Origin: Abditibacteriaceae bacterium | Lineage (GTDB): Bacteria > Armatimonadota > Abditibacteriia > Abditibacteriales > Abditibacteriaceae | Reading direction: 5' to 3' | DNA: 27,748 bases | Assembly (NCBI GenBank): GCA_031372065.1 | Contig: JANMKN010000336.1 | Span: 1 to 27,748, forward strand | Shown here: in pieces, positions 26,090-27,748 of the stretch | Position numbering within the stretch: the stretch's first letter is position 1 | Layout: each line of letters starts with the position of its first letter | The notes under the pieces: model-generated | What the model was told of the DNA's origin: nothing | What the model saw: only the letters and a program-made list of their open reading frames with translations | Database searches by the model: none | Made by a program: the position numbers and the translations under genes

Positions 26090-26112
26090 CGGGAATCGTT
26101 GCGTGGCTTTTC
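26076..26112. terminator. Bidirectional terminator hairpin
   Basis: GAAAAGCCGCGCAACG-GGAAT-CGTTGCGTGGCTTTTC between convergent genes. Confidence 0.8.
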
Positions 26113-26125
26113 ATGTTGGAAAACT

Positions 26126-26692
26126 TCAGACCATTGGCATCACGGCGGGATCAACGCCCACGAAAACGCCACCGAGCATAACACCCAACTGACTCGCGGA
26201 GATGAGCATCAAAAAATACTCGCCAAGCAGCAGTAACAGCGGCAGTTCGGGGAGTTCGCGCGCTGCCGGTTCGATTTCCAATTGAATCGGCTCGCCATAA
26301 AGCCAGGTATGCGCTTTGAAGTGCAGCAACGGCGCGCCTTCGGCGCTGGCCATTGTCCATTCATGGCCCTGTTCCTTGTCGTGGCACCATTGGAAGCGGC
26401 TACCGGAGGCAAACTCCACCTCCGCGCTGCTGCCGATGCGGTCGGGTTTGAACTCGGCGATGTTTTCTTCGGAGCCGGCGGCGCGCACCGTGATAGTTGG
26501 CGGCAAAAACCCCACGCGCTTGAAAGTCCACTGACGGCCTTCCGTTTCGCCAACAGCCAGCGTGCCCCAAGACTTCTGGAAAGCCAACGTGGCCACCGTT
26601 TCGTTGCCAGCGCGCAATGCAAAGGTGCGCTTGTTCTCATCGGAAACTTCCCATTGCAGCCCAGCACCGTCCACTTCGTAAAGCGTTTTCAT
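26126..26692 (-). CDS. Hypothetical protein (beta-rich with hydrophobic C-terminal helix, possibly Tubby/LURP-like fold)
   Basis: AGGAGG RBS. WTFKRVGF motif and a terminal LLLLLGEYFL helix. Confidence 0.7.
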   Translation of the reverse strand: MKTLYEVDGAGLQWEVSDENKRTFALRAGNETVATLAFQKSWGTLAVGETEGRQWTFKRVGFLPPTITVRAAGSEENIAEFKPDRIGSSAEVEFASGSRFQWCHDKEQGHEWTMASAEGAPLLHFKAHTWLYGEPIQLEIEPAARELPELPLLLLLGEYFLMLISASQLGVMLGGVFVGVDPAVMPMV

Positions 26693-26716
26693 CGTTTCCT
26701 CCTGAAAATCGAATAA

Positions 26717-27226
26717 TCAAGCCGCGCCGCGTCGCCGCGCGTTTGACAATTTCCCAAAAAACACCAGCAGCAACCCAAGTGCAATCCACATCGCCACCGA
26801 GATGCCGAGGCTTTCGTCTTGTCGCTCAAGAAACCGCGTGTTGGCGTTGCCGGAAACCGCGAAAAACAAAGCGCACGCGCCTCGAATGACGACCGCCACA
26901 CCGATGTTTAGCGCCAAGAAAAACCATCCAGCAAACAGCACGTTCCATGCGAGGACAAGGCGGTCGCCGCGCGATGGCGGGACGGATTGACGCTTGGAAC
27001 CGCGCCATTCTCGGCGCAGGGCGCGTCCGATTTTTTCGGGTTCGCCGAACTGCTGCAAAGTGCCTTTTAGCGCCACTTCGGGCGCGTGGCCCGCGCGCAA
27101 ACTGTCATGCACCGCTTCGTTGAGATGCCCGCGCAGTTCGCCGACCATTTCGCGGCGCAGCGTCAAAGGCATTGGCCAGAGGCGGCGCTCAATGCGCGCC
27201 AAGTATGTTTCAAGCTGTTTGCTCAT
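26717..27226 (-). CDS. HAAS/permease-prefix domain membrane protein
   Basis: YLARIERRL...ELRGHL...FGEPEKIGRAL followed by TM helices. Overlaps the PadR gene end. Confidence 0.8.
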   Translation of the reverse strand: MSKQLETYLARIERRLWPMPLTLRREMVGELRGHLNEAVHDSLRAGHAPEVALKGTLQQFGEPEKIGRALRREWRGSKRQSVPPSRGDRLVLAWNVLFAGWFFLALNIGVAVVIRGACALFFAVSGNANTRFLERQDESLGISVAMWIALGLLLVFFGKLSNARRRGAA

Positions 27227-27551
27227 CGCGTTTGCCTCCAATCACGTCGTTGATGGCGTTACTGAAATTGCGCCACGTTTCGGTGCGGCGCGCGAGTTCG
27301 GCGTGGCCTTCGATAGTCAGCGTGTAAACCTTGCGCGCCGGGCCGCCGCCGCCGGTTTCCCAACCGCTTTTCACAAAACCCTGCCGCTCCAGCGCGTGCA
27401 AGGCCGGATACAGCGTGCCTTCCTTGAATTTCAAAGCGTTGCCGCTGCGCTCTTCAATCTGTCGCGCAATCGCGTAGCCGTGCAGCGGGCCGTCGCTCAG
27501 CACCGCCAAAATCATCGTCGGCGTGTTGCCTTTCAAAAGCTCTCGTTCCAT
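27210..27551 (-). CDS. PadR-family transcriptional regulator
   Basis: LLKGN...ILAVL...HGYAI...EGTLYPALHALE...RKVYTLT motif. Confidence 0.95.
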   Translation of the reverse strand: MERELLKGNTPTMILAVLSDGPLHGYAIARQIEERSGNALKFKEGTLYPALHALERQGFVKSGWETGGGGPARKVYTLTIEGHAELARRTETWRNFSNAINDVIGGKRDEQTA

Positions 27552-27573
27552 TGCCGTAAATTGTAATATGGCC

Positions 27574-27592
27574 TACATTGGATTGCAAGGTA
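27574..27592. promoter_or_regulatory. Candidate PadR autoregulatory operator
   Basis: Imperfect palindrome TACATTGGA-T-TGCAAGGTA (7/9), about 22 bp upstream of the padR start codon. Confidence 0.45.
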
Positions 27593-27748
27593 TTGATTTG
27601 TCTTATGACGTGTTGGCTTACACTTGGAAAGTCATTATTTCTCGGCAGAAAGGTTTTTATGCGCCGATCTTTCTTTATTCCGTTCATTTACCTGTTCAGT
27701 GCATTGGTTGCACACGCCGAAACTTCCACGCCACGTCCCGAACTGGCG

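Noticed and set aside
27454..27687. 77-aa ORF overlapping the padR start
   Set aside because: It overlaps padR out of frame, covers its promoter region and lacks protein-like features.

Overview
Bacterial chromosomal window of moderate GC. The gene style (RYLWL-led WD40 paralogues, Planctomycete-like hydrolases) suggests Abditibacteriota/Armatimonadota, which is inference only. Housekeeping genes (kdgK-like kinase plus SDR, lon, purD, miaB, uvrC, lytic transglycosylase, 7Fe ferredoxin, S1 protein) are interleaved with accessory genes, and the window opens inside a probable IS630-family element. Notable structures: (1) an intact XerD-like gene lacking every catalytic residue, preceded by a (GCTTTTA)15 microsatellite with inverted copies; (2) a 42-bp-phased array of five GGG-N6-CCC palindromes bounded by 22-bp inverted repeats, next to an orphan gene bracketed by long hairpins; (3) a [WD40 gene + uvrC 5' end] duplication enclosing a nucleotidyltransferase toxin-antitoxin-like pair; (4) a 38-bp terminator-arm duplication flanking a single HExxH gene; (5) a frameshifted GT87 glycosyltransferase; (6) a PspC-SHOCT / HAAS-PadR envelope-stress neighbourhood. 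No rRNA, tRNA or CRISPR array was seen.
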